DNA of 64,000 nucleotides, taken from NCBI RefSeq assembly GCF_030684315.1, contig NC_081373.1, forward strand, positions 51,136,864 through 51,200,863, read 5' to 3'. Under the pieces are notes generated by a model. It was given only the letters and a program-made list of their open reading frames with translations. It searched no databases and was not told where the DNA came from. Positions 37,571 through 51,385 of this stretch are shown piece by piece (the stretch's first letter is position 1; each line of letters opens with the position of its first letter). This DNA comes from Stegostoma tigrinum (taxonomy: Eukaryota). Made by a program: the position numbers and the translations under genes.

Positions 37571-38714
37571 CTAGAGAACCAGTTTGGTTCGCACTAACAA
37601 TCTGAAAGCTTCCTGGTCAAGTTCAGGATTTATTTTCACATTGTACCCTGGCAACTTAAATTGGAATTGAAAGGAACATCCCCCATTTGCTAGATCATTA
37701 GTTGAGGTGTCAGGTTTATTAGTTCTGCAGAATGTCAGAATGACACCACTGCAACACTCCACATACTGTTAATTCACTATCTGCCATCTGGAGTTGCTGT
37801 AATCTCCTCCAACAGTTAAAATTCAGAAGTGATATGGGATTACTATTTTGTAAACAGGATGGACAATGCATTATGTCTTGCAAACTACAGCAAGAACAAC
37901 TCTGGGCTCACTTCATTCTTCAAACCCCATCACAATCTGTTCCATATCTTTCCCTCAATACAAGGCTCAATTCCTTATGGGATGTATTTCAATGTCTCGA
38001 ATATTGACACCACAAAAACAAAACAGATACCTGGTATATTACACCATACATGCTCTCACGCAATAGGCTTCAGTCTTAATAGAGCATTCACAGACACTAT
38101 ACTCAGATTGTGCTTTGGTAAAAGCTTTCTGTTCCACCAATGTGCTGATGAAATGTCCTTGGCCTAGATATCCTTGACCCATATTTACCACTCCAGCTTC
38201 CTGCTCTCATTTATTAGTGATCCAGCACTGGGATTTCTGAAACAATTAGAGGCTGAATACTGAAATTGGGTGGAAAGTTGCAATGGGGGCCACATTAGGC
38301 TGGAGTTACAAACAAAACCAGCACTGAGAACATTGCCAGAGGTACAGTGGCTAAAACTCAGTGTGCCATGATATCGGTTACAAACTCCGAGTGTATTTAT
38401 TCTTAGTGAGGCTGGTATTTATCACCCGCTCCGCACAGCAGGTGAGTAGAGAGCTTGGTGAGCTAGAATCACATACAGCCCAAACCAGGTAAGGAAGGCA
38501 GGTTATTGAAATACCCTTGCGCTGTTCAATTTTTCCTTCGTACAGCACGCTGAGCTAAGGAAAACATTGACTTCATTGAAGAAGCATCTTACTGTGGTTT
38601 CATCTTGCCACAAGGCTGCAAAGAGAGAGCAAGGTCATATGACACAGGATCATTTCCTGTGATGAGGAGTCTCATTAACAGATTACAAATGTAACCTCTT
38701 CACAGTGCAGAACC

Positions 38715-40075
38715 TCTAAAACATTGCAGCACAGAAACAGCCCATTAGCACACCATTTCCGTGCTGACTGAATAAATGAGACCCATCCGTTCTAAGTCCG
38801 CAGCCTTCAGGGTTCCATCACTTCAGGTGCAGATCCACGTTCCTCTTACACACGGTGAGGGCTTCCACCTCAACCACCGAACTGGGCAATGAATTTCAGA
38901 CACCCACCACCCTCTGGATGTAAACATACTTCCTCCTGACCTCCCAAATCCTTCTATCCAATTCCTCTGAGCGGTGTTCCCAGATAACTGACCTCTCCAA
39001 AGGGTAGCAGGCTGTCCACTCTGTCCAAGCCCCTCTCATCTCACTGAAGTCACCCCTCATGTCCCCTTTGTTCAAAACAAATGACCCTAAGTCTGTCCAA
39101 TTGTTTTTCTCTTAGCTGCAAGCTTCAAGCCCCTGATAATGTTCTTGTCAATCTCCTGTCCTCTCTCTCTTAAGCGATTACGTCTGTCCTCTAATTTGGT
39201 GACCAGAACCTTCTATAAAACTCAAGCTGTAGCCAACGCAATGTCTTGTGTTCTTTCACCATTACATTCCTGCTTTTGTATTCAATATCTCTCCCGATGA
39301 GGGAAACCAGCCTATGTGTCTTCTTTAGCTACCTGTCCTGTTGTCTTGAAGATATGTACTCTGAAGTCTCTCACCTCCTCTAGTCCTCTCAATATCCTCC
39401 TGTTCATTATTTATGCCATTTTATTTATCCTCTCTGAATTTCAAAGCCTCACATTTCTCCCCATTAAATTCCGTTCGCCACTTTGCTGCCCACTCAACCA
39501 AGTCATTGACACATCCACCATTTAGAAGGGGGAGGCAATGGCCTACTGGTTTTATCGCTGGACTGTTAATCCAGAGACACAGATAACATTCGGGGGACCT
39601 GGGTTCAAATCCTGGCTTGGCGGATGGTGGAATTTGAATTCAATTAATATCTGGAATTAAGAATCTAATGGTGACCATGAATCCATTGTCAACTGTCAGG
39701 AAAAGCCCATCTGTTTCACTAATGACCTTTCGGGATGAAAACTGCCATCCTCACCTGGTCTGGCCAACATGTGACTCCAGACCCACTGTAATATGGTTGA
39801 CTCTTAACTGCCCTCTGGGCAAATAGCGACAGGCAATAAATGTTGCCTAGCCAGTGACGCCCTCATTCTGTGAATGAATTTTTTTAAAAATTGACAATCA
39901 TCCTCTTTACCAGCAATTACACGGTCAATTTCTGTGTAGTCTTTAAATTTCCCAAATATGCCTCTCACATTTAGTAAGTCAATAATATCTATCACAAACA
40001 GCAAGGTCCGTAACGCTGAGCCCTGTGAAACACCATCGGAAACCACTTTCCATTTGCAAAACCATCCATTGGACA
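38715..40075 (-). mobile_element. Decayed CR1 interrupted by a SINE
   Basis: Minus ORF WKVVSDGVSQGSALRTLLFVIDIIDL (GVPQGSVLGP motif); 3' end near 38715. Confidence 0.75.
39528..39885 (+). mobile_element. tRNA-derived SINE (other copies near 27503, 28755, 44095, 54770, 56935, 58560, 61515)
   Basis: A-box/B-box-like head (tggcctactgg...gggttcaaatcc) and body ctggtctggccaacatgtgactccagaccc. Confidence 0.8.
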
Positions 40076-40176
40076 TGACTACAACACCCAATTCTCTGAT
40101 CCTACTCATTATATTTTATCTCTCCCCGTTTGTCTGACTGTTCCCATTATATTACCTCTCTCCCCAAGTCTGATAT

Positions 40177-40502
40177 TAGAATCATGGAATCCCCACGATG
40201 TGTAGGCAGGCCATTTGGCCCATTGAGTCTACACCAACCTGCCGAAGGGCATCCCACCCAATCCCTGTAACCCTGCATTCCCATGGCTAACCCATCTGTA
40301 GGCACTATTGGCAGTTTAGCAGGCCTTTCAACCTAACCTGCACATCTTTGGGCCGGAGGAGGAAACCGAAACATCCGGAGGAAACCCACGCAGACAGAGG
40401 GAGAGAATGTGTAAACTGTGCATAGACAGTCACTCGAGGGTGGAATTGAGCCTGGGTCCCTGACACTGTGAGGCAGCAGTGCTAACCACTGAGCCACCAT
40501 GC
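40177..40502 (-). mobile_element. HE1-type V-SINE
   Basis: Reverse complement of 48176-48478. Confidence 0.85.
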
Positions 40503-42646
40503 TATTAGTCAAGTAATGTTAACACAAAGAACAACTGAGACCTGCACACACCATGGCTTCCCATAATTGCAGCCATGCTCTTTACTGAGTTGGTTGGTCC
40601 TTCACTGAGGACAGATGCAGTAGGCCTCAGCTACATTCAGGATGGGAAAGAACAGTTACAAAACACAGGATAATCCGACATGGGAGAAAGAGCTTCTGCA
40701 ACGCGATTGCGATGATCAAATTTAAATCATTGGCTCATGCTCCCCATATTCCAAGAGAGCACACTTTATTGGGGCTCATTAACAATCTTTGGTGACGTTG
40801 TGTGCAAAGCAACGGGACTGATAAACCCGTCCTAACAATTACAGCCACGGGAACACATTTTAACAGCAGGTTAAAGTAGAGCTCAGTTTATATTTCTACA
40901 GCTGTCCGAATGTTTAGATGCAACCAGGAGTTTGAATATTGGGTTGGAGTTCTGAGCAATCACAGGCACAAAGCTCATGGCTGGTGGGTCAGGTCACTGG
41001 AAGGTCAACGCTGGCTTGGAAAGAGGCCTGTGCGTGAAGCTGTTTTGTTAGTAACAGTCAGATGCTGCACCCCCTGACACCTCGGGGCTGCTGATCAGAC
41101 AGTAAGGCTTTGCACAACTCAAGTGCAACGTAATAATTCAGGTATGTATCTGAAAGAAAGGCATTGCATTTATAAAGCACCTCTCGTGTCCCAAAGCGCC
41201 TTACAGCCAATGACTATTTGTGCACAGTGTAAGAAACCTGACAGCAACAGCCCACAAGCTGCAATATCTCAATAATCACATCATTGACTTCGCGATGTGA
41301 GACAAGTGACAGTCAGTGCACCAGAAAGATCTCAGTGGCTCTTCTGTTTTCACAGCTGTGTCATGGGATCCTTTAGATCCATCAGAGAGAATAGTGCAGG
41401 CCTCCAAAAGGCATTAAAATCCGATGCTGGTGCTTCTTGCACTTGTAAGGTAAACATCACTGAATTGAGGGGCAGAATGATCCCCCAGTTAAAGGCAATT
41501 CCCAACTGCAGTTTTTAATTCCGGTCTTGCCAATCCAATCTGATGAGAGATCCAATTCAAATAGAGAGTCTCCATGTGCCCACGGGGTGGTTGGAATGGT
41601 CTCTCGGCAGCAAGGCTAGCTAAGTTTGGAATTCTAGAAGCTGCTGAGCCTCATTTCACTCAGTAACCATTTGAGAGCATTTCCCTGCCACCGAGCTTGG
41701 ACCCTGAGAATCCACCCTCGCTTAGGGTGACACTGTGACCTGCCAACCAATCCCCAGGCTCTACAGCCCTCCACATTCAAAGCAGGAAGTGCACCGCAGA
41801 TTCTGCGCAGCAATCCCCCTCTTCTGGGAGAACTGTCAATCCACGTCAATTTCTGAACCATAGACACAGCTCCTAAATTTAAGAAAGGAGCTGCTGGCTC
41901 AGCACGTCTGACAAAACCCAATATATACCGTGTGTTGTTTTTACGACAACCCACTGCCAACCAATAGCCTATTCAATCAGCCACATTCGCCCTGACATAC
42001 ACACCAGCCAGTGAAGAAAGAAAGATGGGAAGGTGGGTGGTCTCCCATTGGCACCAAGCTCCTCATTATTGGGGCAGGAGGATAAGTATAACTACCTCAC
42101 AGATAGCTTCCTGGCTATTCGTCCCTCAATGTTACCCTACCTGCAGGGTGCAGTCCCAGAGCAGTGGGAAACCAGGCATCATGGGCCTAATGGCCTCCTC
42201 TTTCAACATTCAACTCTCCTCCCTCGATGCAGTGCAGAACTTTTCATCGCTGCAGTTGTTCCAGAGCTGTAGCTGGGTGAATCTGCGTCCTGACTGCTGC
42301 CGGTCGCTGCGCTCACCCTCACTGCCTTCTCACACCTTGCAGCCCCCTCTCAGTGCATTGCTGTGGGTGGGGTACGGGGTAGCTACATTGTGACACCTGG
42401 GGGGTGGGTAGGGCTATTGTTTGCATTGGGCTATTTGACCAGGGGTCCCTCTGGAATATCAGCTAAACAACGAATATAATGGCTGACACACACACTAAAT
42501 CAGACTGCTGTTGTAGGAGCCTTTAAAATAAAATGAAGGTCCATGCCTTCTCAACCTCACCCCTTACTTGAGACGTGTGGACTGTCAGGTTAAACTCATC
42601 ACAACTCAGGAAGAGAATTGAGTAAAACTTGAAAATGATACTATCA

Positions 42647-42795
42647 CCTCACGTTGCACCCTTCAGATTGGAACTCCAACAGGGCCTCACCTTGCACCCT
42701 TCAGAATGGAGCTCCAACAGGACCTTACCTTACACCCTTCAGAATGGAGCTCCAACTGGAGCCTCACCTTGCACACTTCAGAACGGAGCTCCAAT
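42647..42795. repeat. 38-bp tandem repeat, 4 copies
   Basis: Unit cctcaccttgcacccttcagaatggagctccaacaggg starting at 42647, 42685, 42723, 42762. Confidence 0.9.
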
Positions 42796-44744
42796 ACGAC
42801 CAGCATGTTCATTTTCAAATGGCACAGTGTTTCCCCAACCCATTCTGGGCAGTCTTTCTCTGATGAGAGAGGAGCTTATGGTCCCTCTGGGACAAAGACT
42901 TCTTTCAGGTCATAACAAAGGCAGTAGGAGGCTCATTAACTGGAGCTGGATAGAACTCGTGGGGTTTGAGCAACAACCTCCCTCTACACTTGTCTTCTCG
43001 TCCTGACCTGAAGATTGGGAACTGCCAAAGGATGGGTTTCCAAGTGGGTCCAAGTTGTGCTCAGTCTCTGGTCCCTAGTAACCTATGAGCCTCTGTTCTA
43101 ACTTTACCCCTCTGTCAACCCAGACACACAGCGTTAACCAAAACTGTTCAGACATTGTATCCCATTTCTAGAGGACTGGTTCTATGCCCATTCACACACT
43201 GATCCACACACTGCCACTCTGCATGTACATCTGCTGTTGTGAATAATGGGAACACAAAGGGGAGGGGGTTGGAGAAGCTGCAGATGGGAGTTTTACGGAT
43301 GGCTTCACTGTTCCCTCGGTGCGAGGAAATCTTCTGCAAGGGCACCATTCCCAAACTGAAGCCTTCCCTGTGGAATGCACTCATCTGACATCGCTGTGGC
43401 TTCCATCTTGAGAACACTGCTCACTTTCTGAAGCAATGCAGCAGATCGGCAGAGAGAGAGAGAAAGACGGAGTATTCAAGTTTATTTTTGAACCATTAAT
43501 GGCAGGATTCATTTTGAACAAAGCCACTGCATTACAGTACTGGGTACTGACTATGAGTCAGACATATAAACCGCACCAGGACTCTCAGCTGTACTGGGTA
43601 TTAGCTAGAATTAGCCCTGTTTCATGAAATGTAGTGATTTGGGAATAATGACCCCCTTCCTCTCATTTGGCAGAGAGCAAAGTGTTGTGAAATAACATGA
43701 CTAATTGACGCGTGTAATGTGGTCAAAATATTTCTCTCAATTCCTGATGAGGCATTGCTCTTATCCGACAGCAACTTTTATTGTTAAGAACATTTGTACA
43801 AGCTGCTCACAGTCTCTGGAAACTGCCCAGTAAACAATTCCAGGGGCATCCGGTTAAATCTGGGCTGGTACAGGCAGCACAGTACCGCTTCAACAGCAGA
43901 GGAGACAGCTTTCAGATATGCCGGTACACTTCATTGCTGTCTGCCTACCTCCAATGGCTGTAAACGTTCAAGCAGAACCACTTCAAAGAGTAGAGAGTTT
44001 TCCCTAGAGTCCTAATCATCATTTTACATCCTCAACCAACAACGCCAGAAAGATAATGTGGCGTCTTCATGCTTGCTGCTTGATTGACAAATGGGCGGGC
44101 GATGGTCTAGTGGCATTATTGCTAAGCTATTAATCCAGGTAATGTTCTGAGGGCTTGGGTATGAATCCTGCCATGGCAGATGGTAGAATTTGGATTCAAT
44201 GAAAAGAAATCTGGAATCTACAGTCCAATGATCTCAAAAGTATGTCAACAGTCATGCGCTTCAGGGCATTCTGAGGTTGTGAAAGGTGCTAAGAAAATGT
44301 ACTTTCCTTTGATTTCAGCCAGCCAGTTACACAAAGACACTTCTCAAGCTGGCAGACTGAGGAAGTCACCATGGACCCTGCAAAGTCGCTACTGAGAGAT
44401 AACAGATTTTAATCAACTCCAACTGCTTGGTTTCTCATTTTAAATCTCTATTTCGCTCCCTCTCGAGCTACTGTGGTGTCCTGGCTGAGGTTGGATTGGC
44501 AGCTTGTTGTTCTGTTCTGAAGCCATCTCTTTTCACACATCCATTTCCCAACACACCTGTAACACCGGGCCGCACTGTCTAACAATGACATAACTGTTGG
44601 AAAGTCCCTAATCAGCACATCCTTATTTCCCAAAGGCTACACCACCAAGATCGGAAACTCACTGCAAAAGAGACTATTCAGTTGTTTTAAAACAATTTCC
44701 TCATGGGATAAAATGTTGTCCTCAAAACAAAACATCTGTGCCTC

Positions 44745-45870
44745 CCAATAGCTTTGGACAAGGTCCCACACGGGACGCTGACTGAGAAGGTTAAAGCATG
44801 TGGAATGGAGGGAAACCTGGTGAGATGGATCAGAAACTGGCTAACAGGTCACAAACATGCTGGTAGAAGGCTGGTTGAGTGACCGGGGGCTGGTGTCCAA
44901 TGGTGTACCACAAGGATCAGTATTGGGCCCCTTATTGTCTGGTATACACGTAAGTGATATCGATGAAAATGTGGGCGGAGTGTTAAGCACGTTTGCATGC
45001 AACACCAAGACTGGTGGAGTGGTTCATTGTAAAGATGATGGTTCTAAGTTGAAAGAAGGTTTGGTCAGACGGACAGATCAGTACTTAACCCTGTTAAGTG
45101 CAAGATGAGGTGTTTTGGAAGATGAAACAAGATGAGGGAGTATTTAATGAATAGCAGACACTGGGTAGCTTTCAGGAACAGAGGGATCTTGAGGTAACTA
45201 CACACAGATCCCTGATGTTGATAGAGCACGTTTATAGGAGAGATGAGAAGGCATGTGGAACACTTGCTTTCATCAGTCATGGCACAGAGTATAAGGGAGG
45301 TAATGTTGGAATTGGACAGAGTGTTGGTCAGGCCTCAGCTGGAGTACCATGTGTAGTTCTGGTCACCTCACTACAGGAAGGATGTGATAGCAGTAGAGAG
45401 GGTACAAAGGAGGTTCACCAGGATGTTGCCTGGGCTGGAGAAATTGAGTGATAAGGAGAGACTAGATAGACTTAGATTATTTCCTTTAGACCAGGGAAGA
45501 CTGAGGTTGGGGGGGGGCGGTGGTAGACGTGTGTAGGATTATGTGGGGTATGGACAGGTTGAAGAGAGAGGAGCTCCTCCCCTTGGTTGAGGGGTCAATC
45601 ACAAGAGAGCACTTTTATAGGGCAAGGGGCAGAAGATTCAGAGATTTGGAAAAACAAATTTCGGTGAGGGGGGGGGGGGGGTAGGAATCTGGAATGCACT
45701 GCCTGGGAAGGTAAAGAAACCTTCTAACATTTAACAAGTACTTGGATGAGCATTTGAAATATAACGTTTGAGTAAATTGGGATTAGTGCACCTTTAGTGG
45801 CGGTTATGTTGGTGCAGAATCAACGAGCGAAAGATCTTTTCTGCTCTGTATCATTCTATGAATCTATGAC
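44745..45870 (+). mobile_element. Decayed CR1 RT to 3' end
   Basis: VSNGVPQGSVLGPLL; tail cattctatgaatctatga. Confidence 0.85.
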
Positions 45871-46662
45871 AAATCATTTACCCCTCTTCACAACATCTAG
45901 CACTGCTCTGCATGATAATCAAGTAACTGATGACATCTTTGAAATGGAGCTCACGCAGCATCAGGAAAAAGAGCAAACAACAGAGAATCTCTGCATCCGT
46001 GGAGACAGAAACGGAATGAACATCTGGAGTTCAATAATCATTTTGCTTGAAACATTAACTTTTTTCTCTCTCTATAGATGCTGCCAGAGGTGCTGAGTTT
46101 CTCCAGCAGCTTCTGATTATATTTCAAATTTCCAGCATCATCAGTATTTTGCTTTTGAGTAACAAAGGGTGTAGAGTTTTGTGGTGCTGGTCCAGGCTCA
46201 TTGAGAATTGAACTGAAGTGGCCAAATACATCACATACAGTCAGCAGGCTGGTGCCACACAATTGGATTTGAATTTCAGTCGAAAAGATAGTGCTTTGAG
46301 ATGTCTTTGAATTACACTGTTAAAAACAAATGGAAGCACAATATTTTCTAACTTTTTGAGCAACTTCAGTTTTATCTTGTGAGGTCTTCCATAGGGCAAT
46401 ATCACTGATTAATCTTCAACAAGGGTAGTTAACACAAACAAAGCAATAAAAGGTTCAATTGGAGGCCCTGTGCATTTGGTCAAGAGCACTATTGGGTGGA
46501 CATGGAGATCTGAGAATTGGCACCATCTTTTTGTATGCTCATGGTTGAACCATGCTCCTAATAAATTAGGCTTCATCATGACAAGGTAAGATCAATGAAA
46601 TATCAGAAGGACAAAACTTGGATGGAAATCTCAACAAGTTTCATGCCCATAACAGATTGAGA

Positions 46663-47254
46663 GATAACCAAATCCCAGCGCGAGAGGCCCTGGGGTAGGG
46701 ATAACCAAATCCCAGCGCGAGGCGCCCCGGGGCAGGGATAACCAAATCCCAGCGCGAGAGGCCCCGGGGCAGGGATAACCAAATCCCTGCGCGAGAGGCC
46801 CCGGGGCAGGGATAACCAAATCCCAGCGCGAGAGGCCCCGGGGCAGGGATAACCAAATACCAGCGCGAGAGACCCCGGGGCAAGGATAACCAAATCCCAG
46901 CGCGAGAGGCCCCGGGGCAGGGATAACCAAATCCCAGCGCGAGGGGCCCCAGGGCAGGGATAGCCAAATCCCAGCGCGAGAGGCCCCAGGGCAGGGATAA
47001 CCAAATCCCAGCGCGAGAGGCCCCGGGGCAGGGATAACCAAATCCCAGCGCGAGGGGCCCCAGGGCAGGGATAGCCAAATCCCAGCGCGAGAGGCCCCAG
47101 GGCAGGGATAACCAAATCCCAGCACGAGGCGCCCCGGGGCAGGGATAACCAAATCCCAGCGCGAAGGGCCCGGGGCAGGGATAACCAAATCCCAGCACGA
47201 GGGGCCCCGGGGCAGAGATAACCAAATCCCAGCGCGAGAGGCCCCTGGAGCAGG
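46663..47254. repeat. 37-bp GC-rich minisatellite, 16 copies
   Basis: Unit gataaccaaatcccagcgcgagaggccccggggcagg. Confidence 0.97.
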
Positions 47255-48175
47255 TTTCATAAGTTTGTGATGAAATGTGGTAATTAATGCTTATGCATGT
47301 CATGTAAGTCCCATTTCAGATAATGGAGATGTTAAAATTTGATAAATTTGGTCTTGCGGGCTTCCATTCACTTTGTGCCACATCGGTGCTTCACTAGTAA
47401 TTGCAGTGTAACCGTGAGCAGTGAACTATAATAACTTTCCTCCTTTTGGATTTGGGAGTGACATGACCTTGTTGCAGGGAGCTGGAATTCTGCAGCGTCT
47501 GTACTGCTTTGTATTTATGAACTGGCATAATAATTGCTTCCGATCTTCCACTGAATTGGAAATCTGCGCCCTGTTTCTTCCCAGAGAGCAGTGAACTAAT
47601 TTGTTATCAATGACTGCACTTCCAGCTCATTCCTGAGACCAGCTGATGAAACACACTGATATCAGGGAGACAAAGGTGTCGTGATAATGTCACAGGGACT
47701 ACATAATCCGGAGTCCCTGGCTAACGCTCAAATCATATCTTGGCAGCTTATTTCAATGTAAAAAAAAATTAGGAATTGCAGTAAGTGCCAGCCTGATTAA
47801 TGGTGAGCCTGAATCAATTGTGATTTTAAAAAAGCCCTTCCAGGACAGAAAAGCTCAAGGTCAGTCCTGCAGTCTGAACAATGGTGTTTTAAACACAGAA
47901 CAAATACAACACAGGAACAATAACAGAAGTTGCTGGAAAAGCTCAGCAGGTCCAGCAGCATCTGTGGAGAGAAATAAATCAGAGTTAATGTTTCGGTTTC
48001 ACCCTTTGTGCCGATCATGACACCAAACAAAACTAATCCCTTCCGCCTGCCCCCTTGGTCCATATCCCACCATTTCTGGCCTATTCCTGTTGTTAACTGT
48101 CTGAGCTCTGTATCTGTGATGTAGGGAAACAACATTGCGAGCCCCAAACGAACTGTACCAAACCGAAAGAAGCAC

Positions 48176-48478
48176 AGCACGGTGGCTCAGTGGTTAGCAC
48201 TGCAGCCTCACAGCGCCAGGGACCCGGGTTCGATTCCAGCCTCGGGCGACTGTCTGTGTGGAGTTTGCACATTCTCACCGTGTCTGCGTGGGTTTCCTCC
48301 GAGTGCTCCGGTTTCCTCCCACAGTCCAAAGATGTGTACGTTAGGAGGATTGGCCATGGGAAATAAAGAGTTACAGGGATATAGTAGGGGGGTGGGTCTG
48401 GGTGGAATGCTCTGGGAAGGTTGGTGTGGATTCAATGGGCTGAAGGGCCTGCTTCCACTCCATAGGGATTCTGTGATT
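48176..48478 (+). mobile_element. HE1-type V-SINE, near full length
   Basis: gcacggtggctcagtggttagcactgc...gggttcgattcc, V-domain, tail gggattctgtgattc. Confidence 0.9.
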
Positions 48479-50234
48479 CAAAGTACAAGCAAACCAGAGC
48501 TTCACCTGGAAGGAGTGTCGGGGGCATGGGAGGGTGAGATGACAGGCAATGAAACAAGTCCTGCGCTTGCTTGAGGACTAGTACGGGCTGGCAGAGGAGT
48601 GGGCCAGGGTGCTGCCATAGTCCCTGTGAAAGGCTGGAAGTGGAGAGCAGTAGGGAGATGTGTTTGGTGACGGCAAATGTCAGAGATGGAGGAAGTGGCA
48701 GGTCAGATGAATACAGAGACTGGCAGTGTGGGCCGCAAGGACCAGAGAAGCCTCATCACGGTCTGAGGAAGGAGTGAGATCAGAAATGCATTCAACAGAA
48801 TAGGCACTGCGAGAGTCTGGCCAACCGCTATTGGGCTATTCATGGTTATGGAGCAATGATGATGTGTTGGAAATGCTGGTAAGGAGGGCTGCATTATTAA
48901 ATGCGGTGGGCCAGAACTTGAGAAACTGGGTGAATGGATTAGGGTGCTTACAGGAAGCAGGATGTGACAAAATGTAGTTAAGATAGGCATTCAAAAAAGG
49001 TTCTGATGTTTCCTTTGCACATCAGTTGACATCCAAACCACAGAAATGGAGGCAGAAAGGTTGTAGGGAAGGGACAAGTCAGTGGTGGACTGCATAAAGG
49101 TGGGTGAAGAGTGGCAACTGGAAGCCAAGTGGAAGACATTTTCTAGCTCAGGGAGTAAGCAGGAATTAGCACCGATGCAATGCTCCAGTATTACAAGAAA
49201 CAAGGTGAGGGAGCAGGCCTGGAAGGTGGCATGTTCCTTTTACCCTGCAAACGGGCAGGAGAGTTTGCACAGTAACACCTTATCATTGGAAGTGTGTTTT
49301 CTCTACCTTGTTTCTTTACGTGTCCCATTTCCTTTGGCACTGGGCCACTGGGCACTTTCCTCATTCAATCTCTCTTGCCTTCTATCCTGTTACAGGCTGT
49401 TCCTTACCCTTTCTCTAGCCCTCCTTCTTTATACTTGTCTAACATCTGTCACAACTACCCCTGTTCCATAGAAAAGGACATCAGCCTAAAACATCAACTC
49501 GGTTTCTCTGGCCAGCATCGCTGCACGACCTGCTGAGTAATCCCTGGGCTTTACGGTCAGATTGCCAGCACCTGCAGTATTCTGTTTTACGACTGCATGG
49601 TTGTTTCAGAACTCCTTTAGTTTCATTGTGATGCCAAAGGGTTCTCTCAGTCAATCCTGTGGAAGGACCTGCATTCAAAGCAGCTTGCGACAGAACTGCC
49701 TAATTGTTTCTACTTTTATTTTATGGTCACTGCTTCCCTCAATAACGGTCACCTGTGTTTCAAGCTGTTTGACACGATCCCAGCAAGTGGTCTCCTACCT
49801 GTAAACCCACTTAGCCGTGTTTCACACACTCATGTTTATTTAGAACTCGAAAGTTGGCCTTCGAAAGTCAGGGAGCAATTTTCCAGAGACAGATTGAAGG
49901 TTTTTATCTCTCTTTTGGTTCTCGGCCCTGCTGTAAGCATTGCTATTAGTGACAATGGAGAACAGGAAACTCCCACTGTGCATGGGCACCATACCCTTGA
50001 AACACCTTGTAAGCAGTGAGCATATTTTATCATAGGCATCAATTGGACAGGCTCCAAATCATTCTACAATTTGATATGTGCAGCGCACTGTAGAAGATGT
50101 AGGACAATGTTTTCAATGAAAATAAAATATGCCACTGAAAAAAAATAGTTCAGTGAAATAAGTAGTCCTCAAGGCACTACGCTACTCCTTCCTTTAATCA
50201 TAAATTAAACTGTGACACATAGATGCGACATTCA

Positions 50235-50795
50235 AGAAGTCACAACAACACCTTTTCTTCCTCAGGAGGCTTAGGAAATTCAGCATGTCCATAAGGACCC
50301 TCACCAATGTTTACAGATGTACCAGAGAAAGCTGTCTATCCAGGTTCACGATGGTTTGATATGGCAACTCCTGCGCCCAGGGCCGTGAGAAACTACAGGG
50401 GTGTGCACACAACAATCATGCAAGCTAACCTACCATCCATGGACTCCATTTACACTTCGGGTTGCCACAGAGAAGCTGCGAACATCAAAGGCCCTGGTAA
50501 TATTCTCTTCTAACCTCTTCCATCAGGCAGAAGAAACAAAAGCTCAAACACTTACAGCAACAGATTCATGAACAGCTTCTTCCCTGCTGTTATGAGATTG
50601 CTGAATGGGCCTCTCTAATCTCAAATCCAAAGTCTATCTTGCTTTGTGCACCTCCTGTGCAGCCAGTACCTTGTATAACTCACTCTGAACACTTATGATC
50701 CGTATATCCTCAAAGGTTATGATCTGCCTGTACTACTCGCAAAACAAGGCTTTTCACTGTGCTTAGGTACAGGTGACAACAAATCAAATCAAATA
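50235..50795 (+). mobile_element. Rex1/Babar-type LINE 3' part
   Basis: Homologous to 13155-13932; ends in the (caaat)n tail. Confidence 0.8.
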
Positions 50796-51029
50796 ATGAA
50801 CGCTTATGTGCAAACACTCCAGTAATGCAAAGTGGGTGGGCTACACAAATGCATTGTACACCTTCTAATCGAGGAAATAGAGTACAGGGCATTAGGGTGA
50901 CCTCCTATATCTTGGGCTTGTTTTGCATTCATTTGAACCACCCTTTTTTTTGGCATTTTCTATGTTTTCTGTTTTTCCGAAAATTGTGGGAATATTGAAC
51001 AAGCCACAGGCAAAGTTGTGTTCATAATT

Positions 51030-51385
51030 TGTAAGATGCTAAACAGGATTAACAACGTCGGTGTACAAAGGATGTTTCCTCATGTGTGGCAATCTGGAAC
51101 GCGAGGTCACTGTTTTAAGACAACGGGTAGCAAACTGAAAACAGAAATGAGCAAAAAGACTGCTCTCAGTATCATGAATCTGTGCAAATCACTATCTCAG
51201 AGTGTGGCTGGGATATTGAGTAAGTTTAAGGAGATGACAGACTGATTTTTAATTAGTAATGGGTTGCAGGGTTATGGGGAGTGGGCAGGAAAGTGGGGTT
51301 GAGGCGGAGACGAGATCAGCCATGGCCGTAACAAATGGTGGAACAGGCTCAAAGAGCTGAATGGTCTACTCCTGCTTTGTGTTCT
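51030..51385 (+). mobile_element. CR1 3' end
   Basis: RMFPHVWQSGTRGHCFK; UTR gatcagccatgg...gaatggtctactcctgc. Confidence 0.8.

Noticed and set aside
46603-47303. Three overlapping minus-strand ORFs of 170-220 aa; also a CRISPR-like 37-bp hairpin repeat
   Set aside because: The ORFs are artefacts of a stop-free minisatellite strand. Units are contiguous with no spacers and there are no cas genes.
48176-48245. tRNA gene
   Set aside because: It is the tRNA-derived head of an HE1-type SINE and continues into the V-domain.
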